DNA of 64,000 nucleotides from Spongospora subterranea f. sp. subterranea (Eukaryota): NCBI GenBank assembly GCA_049724395.1, contig JAUGWO010000122.1, positions 124,001 to 188,000 of the forward strand, read 5' to 3'. Shown piece by piece: positions 25,950 to 38,167 of this stretch (position 1 is its first letter; each line of letters starts with the position of its first letter). The notes under the pieces were generated by a model. It saw only the letters and a program-made list of their open reading frames with translations, ran no database searches and was not told where the DNA came from. The position numbers and the translations under genes were made by a program.

Positions 25950-26700
25950 TTAATCGAACAATTCCGTTTCTGTTCAGTATCCTGTTTGGCAAAACGTCGT
26001 TACAGAATGCATTTTTTGCAGCTGTTTTGATTCATGAAATTTGAGAGTTTCCAAAACGAATTTCCTGGCAAGAAGTGCGATTTTTTTAACTCCGATCGTA
26101 TGGGCTTTGAACTTGCTCTTGCGAGAAAAGATCCGCATTCAGGATCCGTCGCAATGGGGCGCTAATACACCCTGCGAAGCAATCATTGTTCGATAATCAA
26201 GTTCTTCAGCTCCTGGTAAACCAACCACTATCTGAGTTTCATAGGCTGGTAGAAGAACTCAAAGAAGAATATCAAAATACCTCAAGGTGATTTGAATCGC
26301 ACTTAGCCAAACACATATTTCCTGCAATGTCAGAAGACTTGAATTTCGACTCCACGAACAAGAACACCAGTGTCCAGGAGTCTTTAGGTGGCGATTTCCA
26401 AAGATTTGCACCAACTGGAAAGTTAACCATTGCACATCGTCTCGAGCGGTCGTATCGATACGCTGCTCACTTACTGGTTGATTACAAACTGGCGGAAGCT
26501 GGAATGCGACTGAGATATGTCAATCCCAGGAAGCGGAAGCACAATTTTTACAACGATGGAAGACCACCAGATACAACTCGCACACTCTTTAAGAACCCAA
26601 AAGTCTACTGGCCGATTAAAAGGCAGCAAAAACAAAGATTCAAATTTGGGAAATGATATAAGTCAATTGGACACATTTCTGATGCTTTTGTACTGTATGC
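25950..26700 (+). mobile_element. MULE-like transposase remnant, related to the 41-43.8 kb element
   Basis: KNTSVQESLGGDFQ...GMRLRY...FYNDGRPPDTT parallels ESMH...GLTVHY...FANDGRAPD in the 41-43.8 kb element. Confidence 0.55.
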
Positions 26701-27469
26701 ATAAATTCCAGCTGGTCGAGGTCCCTGAGAAAGAAATTTTGTTGAAATCATGCTTCAAATCCATTCAAGATGGCGAATACGACAAAGTCAGGTTTTGGCC
26801 CAGGACGCTGTGTCTAATCTGGTGTTCATTCGCGACGTTCGGCATTGATAAGACAGGAGTAAAATCCAACAACAGGTTCAATGAGCACTCATCGGACTCC
26901 CATCTATCAGTCAATGGAAACACAATTAGAACCACAGACTCAATCCAGTATTTGAGCGCAACACTGATTGCCAATTGACAAAGGAGGGGGGTTCAGATGG
27001 ATCGAAAATTGATCGCGATCAATGATGTGCACTGTTTGTCTTTGAATGCTCCGGGTTGATTATAGAAACTGTGCGAATGATGTAAAATGGTACGAGAAAT
27101 GAGAAAATACCGGAAACCATACAGAACATATCAACAGATATGTCGAGGATTTATCTATTACCTACACTGGTTGGCAGGTGCGATCAACAGGAACATGAGT
27201 AGGACATTGCGAACCATTGAGACAGCATATAAGGACTATATGAGAACATATACAGGGTGTTTTAAATCAACACCAATCCCTAGTATTGCATGCAATATCA
27301 GGATCCCACTATTGAGAGATAAAATCATCACTGAAACAACAATGACAGTACTCGCTGCTCAGGCCAACGGGACATTATTGGGCAGCGAATACAGGGAATG
27401 GACTGGAGAAGGAGATGGATGGACACCACTTTGAGAAGTCTGGATTGTGCGACACCTGCCGCAAGGAGC

Positions 27470-27800
27470 AAACGAAATGAGCCAAGATATGATGAGCACT
27501 TGTGAATAAAAGAACTCAAAGAAGAATTGTAACGTTCCAACGAATTGTTCGTTCGATTGAGATCCTGTTTAGCAATCTGTCACGACATGTTCCAATTATT
27601 CGCGGAGTTCTTCTTGATCCATATTATTTCGAAATGATTGAAACGTTTGTCGAATTTTTTCACATCTTTTGCAATGTCTTCGACTTCGACTTTCGACCGA
27701 ATGAAATTAAAGCCCGTTCTTGAAATTTTCGGGATGCAGCAGAACGAGGGTCAAACGTCTTAGACCCCAGGCCTTATCTTGTTGATCGCTTCTGAGCAAA
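27470..27800 (-). mobile_element. MULE transposase C-terminal remnant
   Basis: FNHFEIIWIKK...NWN...NRTNNSLERYNSSL matches the RTNNxxExYN motif of Mutator-type transposases. Confidence 0.55.
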
Positions 27801-28879
27801 CACCAATATTCTTGAGTCGTCGACGAACGGCTCGCTTCCTTGGGAAAATGAACGTCCAATTATGGGCGATGTTGGATATATTCCTTGATGATCAGATAGA
27901 TTGAGAAAAATCAATGGGTGAGAGGGAAAACGTAAGTTGGGAATGCGATGACGTGTCCGTCTTTAAAGGGGTCTTCAGGAAGTTCAGCGAGATCTCATCC
28001 GTCAACTGATCTTCCTCTGTCTGGAGATATCAGAGGACTATGGTTTTGACTAACGGGGGATCTCGTACTTGTTTGGGTCTTGGAATAATGTCCAGCTCTT
28101 GCACAGCGGGCATCCTCTTGTCGAACATTGCATTATGCGATGGCGCTCCATCCATTCTGATACGTTTGCAGTATCGGTCGCGAGCAACATGAGCGCTTTA
28201 TTAGGGTTGAGATGAACCAGCGCCCTCACTTGATGACACAGAACTATATTGGACATCTTGTTGTTGTTCCGATATAGTATTCACAGAGTACTCGACTAAA
28301 GAAGCTTCTTTAGTCCTAATCTATCTCATAAATTGCTGAATATTATCTTCTATTCTGAATTTCATTGCTCGGTCAGCGAGCAGTTTCGGAGGATGGCACT
28401 TGTCAGGACAAAACGATATAACCGCCACATAATGGGAATCTTTGAAAGCAATTGCAAGAGATATCATAATCTGGTCTTGAGGTTTTATAGGGATCATATA
28501 ACGAGCACTATTGGGCGTCACTCATTATTGGTGCTATCGATCAGACCGGAATCCCAGATGGTTCGAAGTCGCAGGAAATTACTTTGAAGAGGAAGTGTGT
28601 GGTGGATATTGCATATTGAGCTGAGAAGAGCGAGAAGAAGGATCGCGATTATAATCTTTGAGCAATTGAATCGCGGTGGAAATCTTACAATCTTCATTTA
28701 CATATCTCTGGTATATATCCCTTGACCATTTTTTAACGATGAGAATATAAAACAGGAAACCTGTTTCGAAAGCAGAAAGACCAGGTTTGTAAACAGACAG
28801 CTGACAAACAAAGATGGACTCATTTAGTAAATAAAAAAAAATTATCACATCACGTGTTAATTGTTCCCAAAAAATGTTG

Positions 28880-30133
28880 TTAATCATAGTCGACAGTATT
28901 TTCTATCGACCAATCAATATCGGTAAATCCTTCATATCCCCTATCAGACATGAGTTGAAGTGACTCCTTTAAAATATTACAGATTAATAGTGTAACCGCC
29001 TCAAAAGTTGTGTTTGTCACTCGAGCGTTTGACTGAAGTCGCGATACAAATCTGGGTTTCTGAACGAGGAAAGTGGGATGATTCGATTGAGAAATCAAAC
29101 TTGATAAGATATTAATAACATAGATCACTTTCGGTATGAGCTCAGGACGACCAAATAAAAAATCTTCCACCCCGAGAAGATTTGAACACGATCCGTTCGT
29201 GAAGAGATGAAAGACCAGTTGGTCATCGGATGGATCACGAACAGGATATTTGGCTGTCATGATGGTCTTGTCTAGATCAGGAATTAAATGATCCAGAACA
29301 TATTGATAAATTCGTTTACAATGTCGACGTGCGGCCCTCTCGACAAGCTCCTCATTATATCGAAGACCTCTCTCTTCCACTAGATATGTTCTAATGTTCT
29401 GAAATTCTGTTCGGAGTGTGGCACCGAGAATTTCCTCGATTTCCCAAGATATTAAGTCAGGATATCCTGGAAAACTAGACACCAGATTATCAACTGATAA
29501 AATAACGCCATTTTGATAACGACCGAAAGGAGGACCAGTAACGACGAGCTTCTCCAGCTCTTCTTTCGGCGGAAACTGCAGAATAACTTCCTCGTAAATA
29601 TATCGGATCAGTTCAAGACGTTGTTCAGGACTAAGCTCAGAGACACCTAAAAGATCACGAAGAAGCATGAATCGTGGTCTAGCCCACAATGGAGTAGGTG
29701 GTAAATCGTCATCATCAAGCAGACCATCACAATTGTCATCAATAACATATATTCCTTTTGCCAGAGATATATAATACTTGTAGAAATCAATATGACCATG
29801 ACAAAGACTCGTATTAATGGCGTCCCAGGAATACAGAGCACCACCAAATCGCTGTTGCATCATATGTAAAAACTCAACATCACCGAATTCAGCTGCAATA
29901 TGCAATAGATTGACTCGGCGGGTCTTTGGAAGAAGAACGGGATTGGGGTTTTGGGCAATATATATATCGTAATCAACTTCAACAAAATCACCGTACTCTT
30001 TCCAATTCAGATCGAGAGGGAAAGGCAATTCAGATTGATTGTCATTCGACGACATTAACAAAAGGACTTCAACCACGGACCAAAAGTGTGTACTTTCGGC
30101 GATCGGGGTGGAGAAACTAGGAATAATCAACAT
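28880..30133 (-). CDS. Intronless ankyrin-repeat protein (417 aa)
   Basis: NLLHIAAEFGDVEFLHMM and further degenerate repeats (AINTSLCHGHIDFYKYY, LVERAARRHCKRIYQYVL). Confidence 0.65.
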   Translation of the reverse strand: MLIIPSFSTPIAESTHFWSVVEVLLLMSSNDNQSELPFPLDLNWKEYGDFVEVDYDIYIAQNPNPVLLPKTRRVNLLHIAAEFGDVEFLHMMQQRFGGALYSWDAINTSLCHGHIDFYKYYISLAKGIYVIDDNCDGLLDDDDLPPTPLWARPRFMLLRDLLGVSELSPEQRLELIRYIYEEVILQFPPKEELEKLVVTGPPFGRYQNGVILSVDNLVSSFPGYPDLISWEIEEILGATLRTEFQNIRTYLVEERGLRYNEELVERAARRHCKRIYQYVLDHLIPDLDKTIMTAKYPVRDPSDDQLVFHLFTNGSCSNLLGVEDFLFGRPELIPKVIYVINILSSLISQSNHPTFLVQKPRFVSRLQSNARVTNTTFEAVTLLICNILKESLQLMSDRGYEGFTDIDWSIENTVDYD

Positions 30134-30349
30134 TTCCGATATTCAAAGGTGATCTTGTTGATAATAAAGGTGGTCGAAATCAGGGTCAGATTGTGATTTT
30201 TTGTTAAAATTCAGAGGCACCTTTTCCTTTTCAAAATTCTATCGCTCGTAGGATCAAGTTGAACTCGAAAATATCGTGTGTTTTGTTATTGTGTTGATGT
30301 CGTTGAACATATGAAATGTTATTCAAGGTCTAACGATCGCTGGGTTTCT

Positions 30350-31431
30350 AGCTATGATTTATAAACTCCATTGTCCTCGTGTTTGTCCAGATAATTTCTA
30401 AATTCATCTACCATATGCTTTGAAGGTTTTAGCGATTTGGAAAGCGATGATAAGTTTGTGTCCACCTCTTCAAACGCATCTTCAAGCCACGAGATTATGT
30501 TCTTTCGGCCAATTTGATATTTTCCTCCAGGCCTAGGATCACATCGTCTTGTCCATGAATCATATCTTTTTTTGAAAGGCTGTTTAAGCGGCTTGCTTGC
30601 AATGAAATCACAAATTTGAAGTAAACTTGTACAGCCCAAGCGGAATGGCTGATAAGGTGATATCGAGTTCAGCAGCCATTGCTTGTAACTTGCTCGCAAA
30701 AGTGGCTTGTTGCTGCATCCCCGATCAACCCTGGTTTTCGTCTGAATAGCAAGTACCTAATCATTCAATATACAGACAATATCCCTGCTTATCCATCCAA
30801 TATTTGGGATGACAATGGACCCTGCTGGTTCTATCCCAATGAGATTATCGCCTAGACAGTGTACAATCACTAGTTCCGGTCATGACAATATTCGGCACCA
30901 TCATTCGTCACTCAACACATTTCGCATCCGACCATTTCAGTACATTCTTCATGATCATCCTCTCATCGATTCGATCCAACTCGAGCCACTAGTCGGTGCG
31001 ATCAGATGCGATTCTTTCGGATAATACTGCAAGACCATCTCATCCGCATTGATCAATCGCGTTGCTTCAGCTAAAGACATTGATTGACGAATCAGAGCGG
31101 TAGACTCGATACAAACGTGAAGCCAGTTAACCGGAACCGTTCGAGAAATAGATTCTTTTCGGATCGAGAATCGATGTCGCGACAGCACTCTGGTGAGCCA
31201 CTGCGACAACACTGGGGTGATATTACCAGAGTGAATCCCCATCTTCACCTCGAATTCTGTTCGGATCTCCTCTGACTCATCGCCGAAGTCGGATATCAGA
31301 AGATCATACGTTGTTAATCTGCTTAGTGGATTGGCGGTCTCCCATAGCTCCACTACATGATCGATAATAAATGTTTCCTGTTCTTGATCTTTCACCTTCC
31401 TTCCCAGCCTGTTCCAGGAGTGGAACCACAA
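30350..31431 (-). mobile_element. Decayed pogo-like DDE transposase
   Basis: WLTRVLSRHRFSIRKESIS, RLINADEM (first catalytic D), GCTSLLQICDFIASKPLKQ, RKNIISWLEDAFEEV. Confidence 0.7.
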
Positions 31432-31580
31432 AGGGCTATGTCACCCATCCTCAATTAAGGGTTAATCTGATACTTTGAGATTGACGGCGGCAGGATGTCG
31501 CAGTCTGGGGTGGAATCACCGTGATACCGATCTCGACAATCGAGTTCTAATCATTCCCAATCTGTCTAGTCATATCGGAC

Positions 31581-34500
31581 ATGATGATTCTTGAATATGC
31601 AGTCGTATTATCGTTACTCTGTGTTGTTACCTGTGATGGGGAAACTCCAACTCAATACCAGTTTTATCACAGACTAAATCGTTGTTCCAATTAGCATGCG
31701 GTGACTCCGAGGGCGCCCTGGAAACGCAACTAGACTTTGTGAATACCTGTCCGGTGGTATCACAGGCTAAATCTCTTGTTGAAGCCATTGCTGGTGATAC
31801 CGATGCTGCACTCAAAACCCAGCTCGAGTTTCTCGAGAATGTCAATGATGTTGCTGAAAGCACTCCACTTGGTTTTGTAACTGTGGCCGTTCACCTCGCG
31901 AATGGTGATGCCGAAAGCGCCACTCAGATGATCAAAGATGTAACACGCAGCTCGGCGGTGCTTGCTGGTGGTTTGGCTGGAGGATTTATAGGTGCACATA
32001 TCGCAGAGACAGCCATGACCGCAGTTGACGATCTGCAACGTGGAGTATCACCTGAGATTATCATGTCCCGTTTAATGGCGCCGGAACGACCCGAAGAACT
32101 TACTGCAGGCGAGATATTTGATAGGAGTTTGGCAATATTTTCTTCGGCAAGGTCCATTGCGAGACGGGCGTCATCATCCAGAGTGAGACAAGCGCCATCA
32201 ACCAATGCGAGACCGGCATCATCAGGAAGACGGGCGTCATCACATAATGCGAGACCGGCGTTATCATCTTCACCGGGACCAACATCATCATCCTTTGCGG
32301 GACCGGCATCATCAACCTCAAGGGGACCGGCATCATCAACCTCACGGGGACCGGCATCATCATCGTTAGCGGGACCAGCATCATCAACCTCAGGGGGACC
32401 GGCATCATCATCTTTAACGGGACCGGCATCATCATCTTTAACGGGACCGGCATCATCAACCTCAGGGGGACCGGCATCATCATCGTTAGCGGGACCAGCA
32501 TCATCAACCTCAAGGGGACCGGCATCATCATCCTTACCGGGACCAGCATCATCAACCTCAGGGGGACCGGCATCATCATCCTTAACGGGACCGGCATCAT
32601 CAACCTCAGGGGGACCGGCATCATCATCCTTAACGGGACCGGCATCATCAACCTCAGGGGGACCGGCATCATCATCCTTAACGGGACCGGCATCATCAAA
32701 CTCAGGGGGACCGGCATCATCATCCTTAACGGGACCGGCATCATCAAACTCAGGGGGACCGGCATCATCATCCTTAACGGGACCGGCATCATCAACCTCA
32801 GGGGGACCGGCATCATCATCCTTAACGGGACCGGCATCATCAAACTCAGGGGGACCGGCATCATCATCCTTAACGGGACCGGCATCATCAAACTCAGGGG
32901 GACCGGCATCATCAACCTCAGGGGGACCGGCATCATCATCCTTAACGGGACCGGCATCATCAAACTCAGGGGGACCGGCATCATCATCCTTAACGGGACC
33001 GGCATCATCAAACTCAGGGGGACCGGCATCATCATCCTTAACGGGACCGGCATCATCAACCTCAAGGGGACCGGCATCATCATCGTTAGCGGGACCAGCA
33101 TCATCAACCTCAAGGGGACCGGCATCATCATCCTTAACGGGACCGGCATCATCAACCTTAACGGGACCGGCATCATCAACCTCAAGGGGACCGGCATCAT
33201 CATCGTTAGCGGGACCAGCATCATCAACCTCAAGGGGACCGGCATCATCAACCTCAGGGGGACCGGCATCATCATCCTTAACGGGACCGGCATCATCAAC
33301 CTCAGGGGGACCGGCATCATCATCCTTAACGGGACCGGCATCATCAAACTCAGGGGGACCGGCATCATCATCCTTAACGGGACCGGCATCATCAAACTCA
33401 GGGGGACCGGCATCATCATCCTTAACGGGACCGGCATCATCAACCTCAGGGGGACCGGCATCATCATCCTTAACGGGACCGGCATCATCAAACTCAGGGG
33501 GACCGGCATCATCATCCTTAACGGGACCGGCATCATCAAACTCAGGGGGACCGGCATCATCATCCTTAACGGGACCGGCATCATCAAACTCAGGGGGACC
33601 GGCATCATCATCCTTAACGGGACCGGCATCATCAACCTTAACGGGACCGGCATCATCATCCTTAACGGGACCGGCATCATCAACCTTAACGGGACCGGCA
33701 TCATCAACCTTAACGGGACCGGCATCATCAACCTCAGGGGGACCGGCATCATCATCCAATGCTAAACAAGCTGGTCTGACCTCGTCTCCTCCTGGACAGG
33801 CTTGTCACACAGATCATTTCGCTTCCCCTGCACCATTCACCCCCCAGAGCAAAGTTCCGAGCTCTAACACCTTTTGTGACCCCTCATCATCCAAGTCGGT
33901 TCCATTGGCTAAGTCAATATCAATTTGCGAATCTCTTCAGCCGGCATATGGTATTAGACTTTGATCATGTACAATTCATGGAACTCCCTTCCCTGATGAT
34001 TATTTGTTTACAGTACCTCAAGGTCTGGCTACAGGATCGGTTGTTCAATCGGGCACTTCGTTTCCATCCCCTCAACCTTATCCATCAGGTAATGGCGCTT
34101 TGATATACATTTTTTCCCTCAGGCAATATCATATTAAGTGCATTAATGTGTTAGGGAATTCCGGCCAGGCTGTTGCCCGAGATCTGCATTCCAATCAGCC
34201 GGCGCACTGCCATACTTCTACAGAAGGTATTTGTTATTTGTCACAGGATTTGAATTAAAAAAAAAACAATCAGCTAATATTGTTTTACAGAAGAGGAACA
34301 GTCAGAAGAGGAGCAAGAATGTTCAGGAGCTGTAAGACATCTCGTTTAACTCAATGGAATATTGCTGATCTATCCCTGATCAGAATGACAGACTTTGCCG
34401 AGCAGTCAGGATGTCAGGAATATCCATTGGTGACTTCGCTAAGTTTAACCTTGAACGACACGACAAATTCGTCGATGAGCTGTTCCGAAGCCGTCCAGAA

Positions 34501-35569
34501 TCTATGGCAGGTGTCTCACGATGTGATGTGAATATGGCCCTTGAACTGCTACTTCATCGGCTGTCATTTACAGCAGAAAGTTTGTTTAATGCAATGGTCG
34601 AGTCTGATACAGGATTGAACAGAAGGGGTAACGCTATAAGTTTCCTTGTTACAATGCATGTCAGCAAGAGCAATTAGGCCGAAGAAGAGCGTCTCGTGCG
34701 CTAATCGAGCTATTCTTGGCACTTTATGTACTTGAACTGGACGTTTAGAATGCGATAATGGATAAAGTTGGTTCTTTGCTGTAGTTAATGCTGTTGATTC
34801 TATCATCAACATTCCATAATGGAGTTAAACTTTTAATAAAGTATAATTATTTTATTACTTCATTGGTCCCGCACAATTTCTGGCAAGACGTCTTCATCTG
34901 CAATATCCTGACAACCCAGATCTACGACACCAGCTTGATGTGAAACTGGTCAATACGGGTCTAGTATCATTCCCCTCATCTGTGGCCCCTTCACAACCTT
35001 TCTCTCAGCCCTTTATTCTTGACTGGGCGGAACCAACGGATCCTGAGATTACTCAGTTGAAGTCACAGTATCATCAAACCATATATCTACACAATCCTAA
35101 TCCAATTGGTCAATGTGCTGAAGACAGAGCATTAATTACTGCTATGAGGCATGGAGGGTTTGGCGACCTGCCCTTGACTTTGACGGTGGTTTTGCAACAT
35201 CGTCGCGGCACAATTGAGTCAATTGACACGATTGTACAGTGTCCCAAATGCCACAACATCGCAATGAGTCGCAATGCGATAACCGATTTTATTCAATTTG
35301 GTTCATCGCTGACCAAGGTGAACTGCAACCGTGAAACGGCCAAGGTCATTAGCTGCAATGGAGACGTTGGACGGGAATTCTTCCTAGTAAAGAACCGATT
35401 GGTGACCGTCGCCCTTCGTGGTCCTTTAGGCGTCATTGAGGTCCCACAGCGATTCGTGACCCATTTCCCCCCATCACTGAGTGAAAGTGTCCCAGCACCA
35501 GACCCTGTACCATTTAATCGTGTCTGTCGTCGATGTGCGAATTATGCCGACCGGCAACACGCTTTATAA
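31581..35569 (+). CDS. Modular effector/toxin-like protein: probable signal peptide, 3x helical GD repeat, Gly-rich segment, GPASS tandem linker, probable C-terminal deaminase-like domain; multi-exon, 5' indel and last exon junctions unresolved
   Basis: A 760-aa ORF is spliced in frame through several GT-AG introns up to ~34.63 kb. The last ORF has GQCAEDRAL...VQCPKC and is followed by AATAAA. Confidence 0.65.
32270..33755 (+). repeat. Coding 24-bp minisatellite (GPASSSLT / GPASSTSG / GPASSNSG), about 60 units with 48-bp alternation
   Basis: Core GGACCGGCATCATCA with a variable 9-nt tail. The frame is never broken. Confidence 0.97.
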
Positions 35570-35995
35570 TGTCAATAAATTACTCATCGCACAGATATAT
35601 GGTCGAAACCAATCATTAAATCAGGCAGTATCGGGTGAAAATCACTCAAAGCTGAAGTTGTTTTCACTTGAAAATGTTCCATATCGGTCTCCAATATATA
35701 TTTAACAAATGCCAATTAATCGACTTATCTCCCGAGGCTTTTGATTCTGTTTTTGTGACGTCGATCCGTAAGTTTGCTCGGAAATGTTGGCGATATGAAC
35801 ACGTATCCCTGTAAAATGGTCAATATCTAACGATAGGTCAAGTTGAATGCGCTTTATATCGCTCATTGCCATGTGACTCAACCACTCGAAGAATTGTTGA
35901 AAACGTGTTGATCTCACCTTTAAGGCTGTCGCGTTGATGTTAGAGGCTCGTTCTGTATTCTTGTTTGTACTGTCGTTCTGACAGATTGCTGATAC

Positions 35996-37637
35996 ATTGT
36001 GATCCGTTCTGCACCAGATACCAGTTCATCCCCCCATTTCCCTTTATTGTGATCCGTTCTACACCAGATACCAGTTCTTCCCCCCATTTCCCTTTATTGT
36101 GATCCGTTCTACACCAGATACCAGTTCTTCCCCCCATTTCCCTTTATTGTGATCCGTTCTACACCAGATACCAGTTCTTCCCCCCATTTCCCTTTATTGT
36201 GATCCGTTCTGCACCAGATACCAGTTCTTCCCCCCATTTCCCTTTATTGTGATCCGTTCTACAAAAGATACCAGTTCTTCCCCCCATTTCCCTTTATTGT
36301 GATCCGTTCTACACCAAAGATACCAGTTCTTCCCCCCATTTCCCTTTATTGTGATCCGTTCTACAAAAGATACCAGTTCTTCCCCATATCCCTTTATTGT
36401 GATCCGTTCTACACCAGATACCAGTTCTTCCCCCCATTTCCCTTTATTGTGATCCGTTCTACACCAGATACCAGTTCTTCCCCCCATTTCCCTTTATTGT
36501 GATCCGTTCTGCACCAGATACCAGTTCTTCCCCCCATTTCCCTTTATTGTGATCCGTTCTGCACCAGATACCAGTTCTTCCCCCCATTTCCCTTTATTGT
36601 GATCCGTTCTACACCAGATACCAGTTCTTCCCCCCATTTCCCTTTATTGTGATCCGTTCTACAAAAGATACCAGTTCTTCCCCCCATTTCCCTTTATTGT
36701 GATCCGTTCTACAAAAGATACCAGTTCTTCCCCCCATTTCCCTTTATTGTGATCCGTTCTACAAAAGATACCAGTTCTTCCCCATATCCCTTTATTGTGA
36801 TCCGTTCTACAAAAGATACCAGTTCTTCCCCCATTTCCCTTTATTGTGATCCGTTCTACAAAAGATACCAGTTCTTCCCCCCATTTCCCTTTATTGTGAT
36901 CCGTTCTGCACCAGATACCAGTTCTTCCCCCCATTTCCCTTTATTGTGATCCGTTCTACAAAAGATACCAGTTCTTCCCCCCATTTCCCTTTATTGTGAT
37001 CCGTTCTACACCAGATACCAGTTCTTCCCCCCATTTCCCTTTATTGTGATCCGTTCTGCACCAGATACCAGTTCTTCCCCCCATTTCCCTTTATTGTGAT
37101 CCGTTCTACACCAGATACCAGTTCTTCCCCCCATTTCCCTTTATTGTGATCCGTTCTACAAAAGATACCAGTTCTTCCCCCCATTTCCCTTTATTGTGAT
37201 CCGTTCTACAAAAGATACCAGTTCTTCCCCCCATTTCCCTTTATTGTGATCCGTTCTACAAAAGATACCAGTTCTTCCCCATATCCCTTTATTGTGATCC
37301 GTTCTACAAAAGATACCAGTTCTTCCCCCATTTCCCTTTATTGTGATCCGTTCTACAAAAGATACCAGTTCTTCCCCCCATTTCCCTTTATTGTGATCCG
37401 TTCTGCACCAGATACCAGTTCTTCCCCCCATTTCCCTTTATTGTGATCCGTTCTACACCAGATACCAGTTCTTCCCCCCATTTCCCTTTATTGTGATCCG
37501 TTCTACAAAAGATACCAGTTCTTCAGTTCCCCATTTCCCTTTATTGTGATCCGTTCTACACCAGATACCAGTTCTTCCCCATATCCCCATATCCCTTTAT
37601 TGTGATTCGTTCTACACCAGATACCAGTTCTTCCCCC
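35996..37637. repeat. 50-bp tandem satellite, about 33 copies, with an internal 497-bp higher-order duplication
   Basis: Unit ATTGTGATCCGTTCTACACCAGATACCAGTTCTTCCCCCCATTTCCCTTT in phase at 36041, 36091, 36141 and onward. The variant order at 36659-36949 recurs at 37156-37446. Confidence 0.97.
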
Positions 37638-37876
37638 TGGTTTGGGTATGTACGCTGAGAAAGTTGCACACGGGACAACCTAGAGCTAAAAATTGTTTTT
37701 ATGAGTAATTATCGTGAGCCCTGAATCATTGAAAACTTGCCAAGACATTACATTGAAAACGAGTTGCTCATTCCGAACAAAGATGTCCGACCGAAATTCA
37801 ATACATACTGGGCAACACCATTTGTTTCGGCTGACTTGGAATTGAGAAGACAAGACGAGAAACAAGGCGGTGGCAA

Positions 37877-38167
37877 GTGGATTGTGGGTTCATTTGGATG
37901 GTGATATTGCATTCGGACCGGCAATGTGTTGGTTTGATTTTGGTTGGGTTCGCGACGGTTTTGATCGGGTTAGTCGTCTACTTGGTCAACGGATTGGCCG
38001 TATTTCTGTTCGTTGGGATCGGGCTCCTGTGCTTCTCGTTCGCCCTCAATGTCATTGAGGACGTGTCATCCCTAGTTTCCCGGAATGATCCACAATGCCG
38101 ACGGCCAACGACCATCGACGTTTACGACAATACCACAACTGTGAATGCCACGATTGGACTCTGTTGA
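37877..38167 (+). CDS. Possible small two-TM protein (start uncertain)
   Basis: Hydrophobic hairpin VGLILVGFATVLIGLVVYLVNGLAVFLFVGIGLLCFSFAL. AATAAA shortly after the stop. Confidence 0.35.
   Translation: MDCGFIWMVILHSDRQCVGLILVGFATVLIGLVVYLVNGLAVFLFVGIGLLCFSFALNVIEDVSSLVSRNDPQCRRPTTIDVYDNTTTVNATIGLC

Noticed and set aside
31924..33759. Antisense 611-aa and 551-aa ORFs
   Set aside because: Mirror of the coding minisatellite. Only the + frame has complex flanking domains and splice continuity.
35996..37637. CRISPR-like array or repeated small ORFs
   Set aside because: Head-to-tail units with no unique spacers, no cas genes, and a eukaryotic context.
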